Below, piece after piece: positions 48,390 through 56,477 of a DNA stretch of 64,000 bases. This stretch comes from Rhodothermales bacterium. GTDB taxonomy: Bacteria; Bacteroidota; Rhodothermia; Rhodothermales; JAHQVL01. The stretch's first letter is position 1, and each line of letters opens with the position of its first letter. A program made the position numbers and the translations under genes. Under the pieces are notes generated by a model. It was not told the origin of the DNA. It did no database searches and was given only the letters and a program-made list of their open reading frames with translations. The stretch is taken from the NCBI GenBank assembly GCA_965263205.1, contig CBDHHF010000005.1:4673-68672 (forward strand), in the 5' to 3' direction.

Positions 48390-48542
48390 TGTTGCAGGTT
48401 GCAAGTTAAAGGTTGAAAGTTTTTTGCCTCAAGCAACTAATTTGCCTTGTAGACTCAAGCACAACGCTGAAATCTAATTGTTCATACTTCGCTGAAAAGC
48501 TAACACTGCAGACCAACCAATTAATCAACATAAAAGACCAAC

Positions 48543-49193
48543 ATGAAATCCAACGCTCAGATATTACCTATTGCACTGTTTGTCATGGTGGCCGTCCTCT
48601 TTACCGGCTTCATCATGCCCCGCCTCAATGATTCAACGGCATTAGCTGCTGACGACGCAGTTGTTGGCCAGGCTGCCCCAGGCTTTACCCTCCCTGGCAC
48701 CGATACGGAGTCGTACGCGCTTTCAGACTTTGAAGGGAAGTTTGTAGTACTTGAATGGCTGAATTTCGGCTGCCCATACGTGAAGCGCCACTACAACTCA
48801 GGCAATATGCCAGAACTACAGCAAGAACTGATCGATCAAGATGTGGTTTGGCTCTCCATTGTATCCTCTGCCCCGGGTAAGCAGGGCTACTACGAGGCAG
48901 CTGACATGAACATGCAGAACGAAAAATTTGGCGGCCAGCAAACTGCGATCCTGCTCGACCCCGATGGTGACGTAGGTCGCCTGTACGGCGCCAAAACAAC
49001 GCCGCATATGTACATTATCAATCCGGAAGGCACGCTGATTTATAAAGGGGGCATCGACGACAAACCACGCGCACGCGAAAATGAAACCAAAACGGCCAAC
49101 AACTACGTACGCGCGGCACTGGCTGAAGCCATGAGTGGCCAGGAAGTTTCTGTGTCTACCTCGCGTCCCTACGGGTGCTCGGTGAAGTATTAG
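48543..49193 (+). CDS. Thioredoxin-fold redoxin (AhpC/TSA-like) with a signal anchor
   Basis: Contains GQAAPGFTLPGTD...FEGKFVVLEWLNFGCPYVKRHY...TTPHMYIINPEGTLIYKGGIDD. Confidence 0.85.
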   Translation: MKSNAQILPIALFVMVAVLFTGFIMPRLNDSTALAADDAVVGQAAPGFTLPGTDTESYALSDFEGKFVVLEWLNFGCPYVKRHYNSGNMPELQQELIDQDVVWLSIVSSAPGKQGYYEAADMNMQNEKFGGQQTAILLDPDGDVGRLYGAKTTPHMYIINPEGTLIYKGGIDDKPRARENETKTANNYVRAALAEAMSGQEVSVSTSRPYGCSVKY

Positions 49194-49234
49194 GAGTTTG
49201 GAGTGAGGAGAGAAGAGTGAGGAGTGTTGTGGGG
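49193..49234 (+). repeat. Three tandem 14-nt GGAG-initiated units (locus 1)
   Basis: The units are ggagtttggagtga, ggagagaagagtga and ggagtgttgtgggg, starting within the stop codon of the redoxin gene. The first 18 nt are identical to those at locus 2 (62666). Confidence 0.6.
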
Positions 49235-49290
49235 TGATACTGGATCCCGTAAACCCGAGAACACGAAAGAACGCATAAATCGGTATATTA

Positions 49291-49327
49291 AACCGCCGGC
49301 CTCCCCTACAGCCGGCGGTTTTTTTAT
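49291..49327 (+). terminator. Rho-independent terminator
   Basis: aaccgccggc ctcccctaca gccggcggtt followed by ttttttatt. Confidence 0.7.
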
Positions 49328-49350
49328 TAACTCACCAATCCCCTACCACC

Positions 49351-49791
49351 ATGATTTGGGACAACCTCTACAAGTATCGCGACCATGGCCTGCTCATTTT
49401 CAGACTCGGCTTTGGCCTTGGCTTCTTATTCTTCCACGGCTGGGGCAAGCTCATGGGTGGACCTGAAAGCTGGGCTGGATTAGGCAGCACGTTGGAAATG
49501 TTTGGGATCGGCTTCGGCCACACCTTTTTTGGATTTCTAGCAGCCTTTGCAGAATCAGTTGGCGGCGTAATGATTGCAGCCGGCCTGTTCTACCGGCCTA
49601 TCGTAGCCTTGCTGGCCGGCACCATGCTGGTTGCTACGTTACGGCATGCTATTTCGGGAGAAGGTACGCCGGCGCATGCATTCAAAAACATGTTTGTCTT
49701 ATTGGGTCTGCTCCCACTCGGCCCCGGCAAATACAGCCTTGATGCCATGATGGCTAAATCAAAAGCAGAAAAAGAAACAGCTGCGGCGTGA
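49351..49791 (+). CDS. DoxX-family membrane protein
   Basis: Four TM helices, with LLIFRLGFGLGFLFFHGWGKL and ESVGGVMIAAGLFYR typical of DoxX. Confidence 0.85.
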   Translation: MIWDNLYKYRDHGLLIFRLGFGLGFLFFHGWGKLMGGPESWAGLGSTLEMFGIGFGHTFFGFLAAFAESVGGVMIAAGLFYRPIVALLAGTMLVATLRHAISGEGTPAHAFKNMFVLLGLLPLGPGKYSLDAMMAKSKAEKETAAA

Positions 49792-49853
49792 ACCATTCCC
49801 GAGTAAATGCTGTGATTTAACATGTCACACTCCCTTATATCGTATACTAGTCC

Positions 49854-50621
49854 ATGAAAAAGCTAACACGTAGACAAGTTGTACTGGGTATTGGTGCAGC
49901 CGGCGCTGGTGCAGCCCTTGCACCACTCGCCCTGCGAGAAAAACAAGTTGCTGCCATCTCCCCTTCTGCGTTACCCTCCTGCACCGTAACGCCGCAACAA
50001 ACGGAAGGTCCGTTCTACTTCGACACCAAGATGATCCGCCAGGATATCACGGAGGGCCGGCCAGGCACTATCCTGGATCTGAAGCTCAAAGTTGTGGATG
50101 AGGCCTGCGAGCCCGTGCGCGATGCAGTGGTTGATATCTGGAGTTGCGATGCCGGCGGTATTTATTCAGGTTATGAAACCGTCTATACCAAAGACGGCGA
50201 GTTCAAGGAGCAACGCGGACGCCCCATGGATCGCTCAAAACCGGAAAACAAAGACCGCCCGCGTTTCCACCAGGAGCCCAACAACGAAGAAACGTACCTG
50301 CGGGGTGCCCAGGTAACCGACGCGAACGGCGAGGTAGCGTTCAAAACCATCTACCCAGGCTGGTACCCTGGCCGAGCCACGCATATTCATGTCAAGGTGT
50401 ACCTGGATAACAACGACGTGTTTACCAGCCAGATTTACTTCCCTGAAGAGGTAAACGAGGCGGTTTACGCTGCTGATGAGTACAGCGCAAAATCAGGTAA
50501 GCGCACGATGAATGCCAAAGACGGCATTTTCAGGCGTGCTGATAAAGGCCCCATGGCCGAAATCACCGAGGTAGAAGGCGGATATGTTGGGACGCTTACG
50601 TTTGGGATCAAGCCGGCCTGA
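49854..50621 (+). CDS. Intradiol ring-cleavage dioxygenase family protein with a Tat-like signal
   Basis: Signal MKKLTRRQVVLGIGAAGAGAALA, then TEGPFYFD...DIWSCDAGGIYSGY...TIYPGWYPGRATHIHVKV. Confidence 0.8.
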   Translation: MKKLTRRQVVLGIGAAGAGAALAPLALREKQVAAISPSALPSCTVTPQQTEGPFYFDTKMIRQDITEGRPGTILDLKLKVVDEACEPVRDAVVDIWSCDAGGIYSGYETVYTKDGEFKEQRGRPMDRSKPENKDRPRFHQEPNNEETYLRGAQVTDANGEVAFKTIYPGWYPGRATHIHVKVYLDNNDVFTSQIYFPEEVNEAVYAADEYSAKSGKRTMNAKDGIFRRADKGPMAEITEVEGGYVGTLTFGIKPA

Positions 50622-50639
50622 CACGCCCTAATTCCCCAG

Positions 50640-50674
50640 AGCCCCTGTGCGTACTTCGTTCAGGGGCTTTTTTA
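50640..50674 (+). terminator. Rho-independent terminator
   Basis: agcccctg (50640-50647) pairs with caggggct (50661-50668), followed by tttttt. Confidence 0.7.
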
Positions 50675-50854
50675 ATGTTTTAGCTTTTTGAAAATGGTTC
50701 TTAACAAAGCGCTTAAACTGCCTTAACGCTACAGAAGCACTGGCTTTATGCGCAGCCAACCATTTCATAAAGATATGATGACTGCCTCATGCTCCCCCGG
50801 TAACACGCTCGCCATACCATTTAAGGTAACGACAACCCACCTTCCCCCAATGGT

Positions 50855-53554
50855 ATGAAAAAGCTAGACAACATCACCTTCGCCAGCAAATCACTCCTGC
50901 TGAGCTTCTTTTTGGTGCTTATTTCGCTTCCCCAAGCAAACGCCCAAACCTATGACCTCCGAGGCGTTGTGCTTGACGATGCCGGCAGGCCACTCCCCGG
51001 CGCCAATGCCATCATCAACACCCTGAATACCGGCAACGTAACCAACCTCGACGGTGAATTCCGTATTTCGGGACTCGAAGCCGGCACCTACACGCTGCAG
51101 GTATCTTTCATCGGATATGAAAGCAATACGCTCGATGTTCAAGTTCCCCAAAATGAACCGCTCAGTGTAACACTACAACAATTTGCCCTGGAAACCGAAG
51201 GCGTTGTAGTCTACGGCACGTTGACTCGTGGCCAGGCCAAAGCCTTGAATGATCAGCGCAACGCACCAAATTTGCGCAACGTGGTTGCCTCTGAACAATT
51301 TGGTATTTTCCCCGATGTAAGCCTTGCTGAAACGGTTCAGCGTATCCCTGCGATCTCGATTACGCGAGACCAGGGTGAGGGTGAATTTGTCCAGATTCGT
51401 GGCATCCCCGAGCAATACAATGCCCTCACCGTAGATGGCATTCGGATGCCGGCCATGGAGCCCGATGCCGGCCGCTCTGTAGGTCTCGATCTTATCCAAT
51501 CCAACCTCGTGGAACGGGTCGTGGTCACCAAAGCACTCACGCCCGATATGGATGGCGATGCACTGGGCGGCTCGGTTGACTTCCAGATGAAACGCGCTGG
51601 TGAGCGCCCGGAAGCAAGTCTGCTGGTGGGCGCCGGCATCAATGACCAGGCGTCAGAAATCCGCGATATACAGGGACGCGGCATCGAGGCTGTATCTGCA
51701 CTGGCCAGTCGGCGTTTTTCGGGCAACAAGCTCGGTGTATTGCTAGCTGGCTCCTATAACAACACCGACCGCGGCTCCCTCTTCAAATCTTGGCGATATG
51801 AAGACGGAGTAAACTGGCGCCACCGCATCACGGATTACGACGTAAGCCGGATTCGCTATGGCGCCGTCGCTTCGGCTGACTACAAGTTCGACGCGGATAA
51901 CCGTATCGACTTCCTCTTCAACCTGAACAGGTATCGCGACGATGAAATCCGCCGGCAGGCCCGCTACCAGTTCAATAATGGACGTGAAGAACGGCGTACG
52001 CGTAACCGTATTGAAGATCAGGATCAGTTCTTCACACGGCTCAGTGGTACCCATCGATTTGGCAAAGGCATTCAACTGAACTATACCGGCGCCTATGCAC
52101 GCGCTGAAGAAGACCTGCCAGACAGGACAGAATTCAGGTATCGGCGCGACGATGTGCCAGAACTCCTCGGTATTGCAGATACCCAGCGTCTCGTTTTTGC
52201 AGATGGTTTACAAACCACAACTGCACTCAATGCGCCTGATCCCCTTGCGTTTAACCGGGTCGAATTTGATCCGCGTAACGTTCGAGAATTCACATCGCTT
52301 GCCAAATTGGATCTAACCATTCCCCTCGATGCATCGGAGCGTGTGTCGTTCAAAGTTGGTGGTAAATTTTCAAACCAGGATCGCAGGGTTCGGAGCAGCG
52401 AAGCCCGCGGTGGTGTGGTGGACGCCACATCAACGTCGATTGCAACGATTGGCGACGGCTCCTTTGGATTCCCCGATATTCGCTGGACTGATAGTGACTT
52501 CAGGGCGCTTGGGTTTGAACAGCCCATTGAAGACGATGAAGGGTACAATGGTGAAGAGCAGATTGTCGCCGGCTACCTGATGAATACCGCACAACTGACG
52601 CCACAACTCACCTCGCTGATCGGGGTTCGGGTTGAAAACACCAGCCACGAATACGCCGGCCTGGATGTCGATGAACAACTTGATGACGCAGGTGACTACA
52701 CAACCGTGCTACCATCAGCTCACCTGACGTACCGATTCGAAAGTGGTCTCCAATTAAGAGCAGCTTTTTCGACTGGACTTAGCCGGCCTGAATACACAAC
52801 GCTGCTTCCGTTTGAAGATGTCTCCAGCGGCGACGACGACGACATCTTTATCAGAAGAGGCAATCCGGATTTGGACCCAACCCTCGCACGTAGCTTTGAT
52901 TTGATGGGCGAGTGGTATACCAACCGACTCGGCCTCTTCAGCTTCGGCGTGTTTGCCAAACTGCTGGATGATGTCATTGTATCCACGGTCTTCAGCGAGC
53001 CCTTTGAAGGTCAGACGGCGCAGGTACGCCAGCTCCGTAATGCCGGCAAAGCAGACCTATTCGGGATAGAAATTGCGTTCCAGCAAAGCCTTGCAGCGCT
53101 GAATGTCGCCGCCCTTGCACCCTTCCGCGTAAATGCCAACTATACGTTTACCACCTCGGAAGGCGACAACCTGTACGGAGATCTTGGTTTTACGCCTTCC
53201 ACGTTCAACCTCGATGATTTGCCTTTGCTGAACAGCCCAAGACATGTAGGCAACTTGTCTTTGACATACGACAACAGCCGGCTTACCGCCGTACTGGCAG
53301 GTGTTTATCGCTCTTCCATCTTTAACAAGTTTGAAGATGAAATAGACATCTGGCTGGACGAGACCTTCCATCTTGATGCCTCGCTGGCCTACGCCTTTCC
53401 CCGGCAAAACTTGTCCGTCGTACTTGCGCTCAACAACCTGACAAACCAGGCCAACAGCGAATACGAGCACGACCCAAGTGAATCGATCAGCAGATTGCAT
53501 GAAAAAGAATCGTATAGCTTCTGGACCACGCTTGCGATCAAGTACAATTTCTAG
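50855..53554 (+). CDS. TonB-dependent receptor with an N-terminal carboxypeptidase-regulatory-like domain
   Basis: A signal peptide is followed by LRGVVLDDAGRPLPGANAII...GTYTLQVSFIGYES. The plug region includes VASEQFGIFPDVSLAETVQRIPAISITRDQGEG. The C-terminus ends TLAIKYNF. Confidence 0.9.
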   Translation: MKKLDNITFASKSLLLSFFLVLISLPQANAQTYDLRGVVLDDAGRPLPGANAIINTLNTGNVTNLDGEFRISGLEAGTYTLQVSFIGYESNTLDVQVPQNEPLSVTLQQFALETEGVVVYGTLTRGQAKALNDQRNAPNLRNVVASEQFGIFPDVSLAETVQRIPAISITRDQGEGEFVQIRGIPEQYNALTVDGIRMPAMEPDAGRSVGLDLIQSNLVERVVVTKALTPDMDGDALGGSVDFQMKRAGERPEASLLVGAGINDQASEIRDIQGRGIEAVSALASRRFSGNKLGVLLAGSYNNTDRGSLFKSWRYEDGVNWRHRITDYDVSRIRYGAVASADYKFDADNRIDFLFNLNRYRDDEIRRQARYQFNNGREERRTRNRIEDQDQFFTRLSGTHRFGKGIQLNYTGAYARAEEDLPDRTEFRYRRDDVPELLGIADTQRLVFADGLQTTTALNAPDPLAFNRVEFDPRNVREFTSLAKLDLTIPLDASERVSFKVGGKFSNQDRRVRSSEARGGVVDATSTSIATIGDGSFGFPDIRWTDSDFRALGFEQPIEDDEGYNGEEQIVAGYLMNTAQLTPQLTSLIGVRVENTSHEYAGLDVDEQLDDAGDYTTVLPSAHLTYRFESGLQLRAAFSTGLSRPEYTTLLPFEDVSSGDDDDIFIRRGNPDLDPTLARSFDLMGEWYTNRLGLFSFGVFAKLLDDVIVSTVFSEPFEGQTAQVRQLRNAGKADLFGIEIAFQQSLAALNVAALAPFRVNANYTFTTSEGDNLYGDLGFTPSTFNLDDLPLLNSPRHVGNLSLTYDNSRLTAVLAGVYRSSIFNKFEDEIDIWLDETFHLDASLAYAFPRQNLSVVLALNNLTNQANSEYEHDPSESISRLHEKESYSFWTTLAIKYNF

Positions 53555-53569
53555 GATCTGATTGTTATC

Positions 53570-53610
53570 AACAGGCCGGCAGGGACTTGACACCTTGCCG
53601 GCCTGTTTTA
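53570..53610 (+). terminator. Rho-independent terminator-like hairpin
   Basis: aacaggccggca (53570-53581) pairs with tgccggcctgtt (53596-53607), followed by tta. Confidence 0.6.
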
Positions 53611-53633
53611 TGTCTTCCCGAATTCCCCCTGCC

Positions 53634-54425
53634 ATGCGCCAGATTTTCTTTTTGCTTGTCATCTTCCTCATTACCCCTGCCCACGCGCAAGACCATGCAT
53701 TTGAGGAGCTCTATCGATTCCAGTCGCAAGATGCCCGCCAGGCGCCAGCCGTGGACGCGGCGCACGTGTATGTCATCAGTAATTATTCAATCAGCAAACA
53801 CCACAAAACGACTGGCGAATTGGTGATGCGGTGGGAAGGTGAAGAATACAAACCATTCATTCATCTGAACAGCGGTATTGTACTGAATGATACGCTTTTT
53901 GCTGCGCATTCGAATTACCCGGTCATCCCCATGGCCAGCAGCATCGAAATGTTCGATCCGGAAACGTTGCAGCACATTGGTTCGCACAGCTTTGGCATTG
54001 GCTATGGGTCAGCAACCTGGATTGACCGAAAAGACGGCAACTGGTGGGTCGGCTTCGCAAACTATGAAGGCCGCGGTGGTGTACCGGGTAAAGGGCCGGC
54101 ATGGACCAACATTGTAGTATTTGACGCGCAATGGCGCCGCGTTGGTGGCTACACCTTCCCGCAAGCCGTGATTGATCGCTTCCTCGACCGCTCAAACTCG
54201 GGCGCAGCGTTTGGCCCGAAGGGTTACCTGTATGCCACAGGGCATGATGCACCGGAAGTCTATGTCCTGAAGCTTCCCGAAGCCGGCACTATCCTCGAAC
54301 TGGTGGCCATCGTCCCTGTTGCTGCAGAAGGTCAGGGCATAGCCTGGGACCCGAGTGATCCCGAAATCCTCTACACCTTGATCAAAAAGGACCGTAGCGT
54401 CATCGCTTCGCGGTTCAAACAATGA
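53634..54425 (+). CDS. Hypothetical secreted protein
   Basis: The start at 53634 gives a signal peptide (MRQIFFLLVIFLITPAHAQ). The ORF has a beta-rich composition and I could not name a family. Confidence 0.6.
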   Translation: MRQIFFLLVIFLITPAHAQDHAFEELYRFQSQDARQAPAVDAAHVYVISNYSISKHHKTTGELVMRWEGEEYKPFIHLNSGIVLNDTLFAAHSNYPVIPMASSIEMFDPETLQHIGSHSFGIGYGSATWIDRKDGNWWVGFANYEGRGGVPGKGPAWTNIVVFDAQWRRVGGYTFPQAVIDRFLDRSNSGAAFGPKGYLYATGHDAPEVYVLKLPEAGTILELVAIVPVAAEGQGIAWDPSDPEILYTLIKKDRSVIASRFKQ

Positions 54426-54447
54426 TCCCGGCTTTGATAAAGAAAGA

Positions 54448-54484
54448 CCACCGGCAGCACAACTTGCCGGCGGCCTTCTTTTTG
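54448..54484 (+). terminator. Rho-independent terminator-like hairpin
   Basis: ccaccggca pairs with tgccggcgg (one mismatch), followed by ccttcttttt. Confidence 0.5.
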
Positions 54485-54513
54485 AGGCGATGTACATTCA
54501 ATAATTATCACGT

Positions 54514-54563
54514 ACCCTCTCGAGAGGGTCGACCGTGATTCATCACGGTCGGGGTGTGTCTAC
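54514..54563 (+). repeat. Fifth copy of the modular REP-like unit
   Basis: accctctcgagagggt, then gaccgtga ttca tcacggtc, then ggggtgtgtctac. It has the same length and module order as 31731-31780, but the middle hairpin has a different sequence. Confidence 0.7.
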
Positions 54564-54567
54564 CATC

Positions 54568-54771
54568 CTACTTCAACAACACCATTGTCCGCGACACGCG
54601 CACCGGCCCAGCTGTCAGGCGGTACACATACGTACCCGAAGCCACCGACTGACCAGATGCATCGCGGCCATCCCAGGCTGCTTCGTGGAATCCGGCTTCT
54701 CTTGCCCCTGAGACAAGCATTTGCACCCAATTCACCAAAGAGCCTCCAAAAACATAAGACGTGGTTTGTGT
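54568..54771 (-). pseudogene. Orphan remnant of a T9SS C-terminal sorting domain
   Basis: My reverse translation gives ...YVFGGSLVNWVQMLVSGAREAGFHEAAWDGRDASGQSVASGTYVYRLTAGPVRVSRTMVLLK*. The open frame is only 67 codons, bounded by an in-frame TGA at 54772-54774. No upstream cargo domain is present. Confidence 0.5.
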
Positions 54772-54842
54772 TCAGGAATGCTCACCGGGTGCTCACTTCG
54801 AGTAAATAAGCTGTCCGTGTTCTATTTTGCCCATTCCACGAT

Positions 54843-56378
54843 GTGTCGAAAACCAGACTTACCACTGCTATGCACCCCGCCTTTCGATCTGTCTTGTCCT
54901 TGCTGATCCTCTTCCCTCTCCTCTCCCACGCTCAACCTTCGCCGGCTGAAATGATCGACGAATACGATGGCAAGCCGCGCGTGTTTGTGCTCAGCGATAT
55001 CGGCAACGAACCCGATGATCAGATGTCGCTCACGCGCTTCCTCGTGTACGCCAACGAATTTGATATCGAGGGGCTCGTTGCGACCACCTCTACCTGGCAA
55101 CGGGACATCGTCTCGCCGGAGATTATGCATCGTGTCATCAACGGCTATGCTGAAGTACAGGAAAACCTGAACAAACACGCCGCCGGCTTTCCTTCAGCAG
55201 AGGTGTTGCGTGAGATGGTATCATCCGGTCAGTCGGCCTATGGGATGGCAGCCGTAGGTGAAGACAAGCTATCCGAAGGTGCGCGCCGGCTAATCGCGGC
55301 GGCAGACCGGGATGATACCCGTCCGCTTTGGGTAACGGTTTGGGGTGGTGCCAATACCCTGGCCCAGGCGCTCTGGCACGTGCGCGAAACGCGGTCAGCA
55401 GATGAAGTGGAGGAGCTGGTTGCCAAACTTCGGGTGTATTCGATTTCCGACCAGGACGACGCCGGCCCATGGATCCGCAACAACTTCCCTGATCTCTTCT
55501 ACATCGTCTGCCCTTCCTCCCCCGATGGCGCCCAGTACGCCCTGGCAACCTGGACGGGCATCGCCGGCGACGTGTATTATGACAATGCGCCCGGCGCTGA
55601 CTACACCACGGTCACCAACGCGTGGCTCGATGAACACATCCGCAGCAAAGGGCCGTTGGGCAAAGCGTATCCCTGGTACCTGTTTATCATGGAAGGCGAT
55701 ACGCCATCATTCTTGAATCTCATTCCAAACGGGTTAGCCAGCCATCAGCATCCCAATTGGGGCGGCTGGGGTGGCCGGTATGTGTATCGGACGTATTATG
55801 GAGAATCCAGCCCGCTCTGGACGCAAGGGGGCGACTCTTATCCCGGATCTGTAAACTCAAAAGATCGGGTTGTAGGCGTTGATGGAAAAACCTACGCCAC
55901 CGACCACGCAACCATCTGGCGCTGGCGCGAAGCGTTCCAACACGACTTTGCCGCACGCATGGCCTGGACCATCGAGCCGTTTGAAGATGCCAACCACAAT
56001 CCTGTGGTTATCGTAAATGGACAAGCAGGAAAAGCACCCATCCGAATTGACGCAACGGTTGGCGAACCGATAGTTGTTGACGCTGCCGGCACGATGGATC
56101 CGGACGGCGATGCAGTCACGTACCATTGGTTCATGTATGCAGAAGCACAATCGAATATCGCGAACCGTCCTGCAGCGCAGTTTGAAGGGGAAGAAGGGCG
56201 AGAAGAATTTGTTTACTTTGGCCCCCGGGTTTCCGTCACAGAGCCAAACAATGTTCAGGCTACGCTCCTGCCCAATCGCGCCGGCGAGACGCATGTTATT
56301 CTCGCCGTCAAAGATACCGGCACACCCAGTCTGACATCCTACCGGCGCATCATTTTGAATGTCAGTGACACCAACTGA
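54843..56378 (+). CDS. DUF1593 (nucleoside-hydrolase-like) secreted protein with a C-terminal Ig-like domain
   Basis: A signal peptide is followed by PRVFVLSDIGNEPDDQMSLTRFLVYANEFDIEGLVATTSTWQ, typical of DUF1593. An alternative start lies at 54870. Confidence 0.8.
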   Translation: MSKTRLTTAMHPAFRSVLSLLILFPLLSHAQPSPAEMIDEYDGKPRVFVLSDIGNEPDDQMSLTRFLVYANEFDIEGLVATTSTWQRDIVSPEIMHRVINGYAEVQENLNKHAAGFPSAEVLREMVSSGQSAYGMAAVGEDKLSEGARRLIAAADRDDTRPLWVTVWGGANTLAQALWHVRETRSADEVEELVAKLRVYSISDQDDAGPWIRNNFPDLFYIVCPSSPDGAQYALATWTGIAGDVYYDNAPGADYTTVTNAWLDEHIRSKGPLGKAYPWYLFIMEGDTPSFLNLIPNGLASHQHPNWGGWGGRYVYRTYYGESSPLWTQGGDSYPGSVNSKDRVVGVDGKTYATDHATIWRWREAFQHDFAARMAWTIEPFEDANHNPVVIVNGQAGKAPIRIDATVGEPIVVDAAGTMDPDGDAVTYHWFMYAEAQSNIANRPAAQFEGEEGREEFVYFGPRVSVTEPNNVQATLLPNRAGETHVILAVKDTGTPSLTSYRRIILNVSDTN

Positions 56379-56477
56379 CCCAAGAAGTCCTTAGTCGACA
56401 TTTGAAAGCAGAAAGCCCATCCCGGTCGTTGCCAGGACGGGCTTTTCAGCATATTTCTTCCACAAAAACCCTGCTTC

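Noticed and set aside
50675-50854. A possible cobalamin riboswitch upstream of the TonB-dependent receptor, suggested by the sequence gaagcactggc.
   Set aside because: There is only a weak partial resemblance to the B12 box. The other conserved riboswitch segments are not evident by eye.
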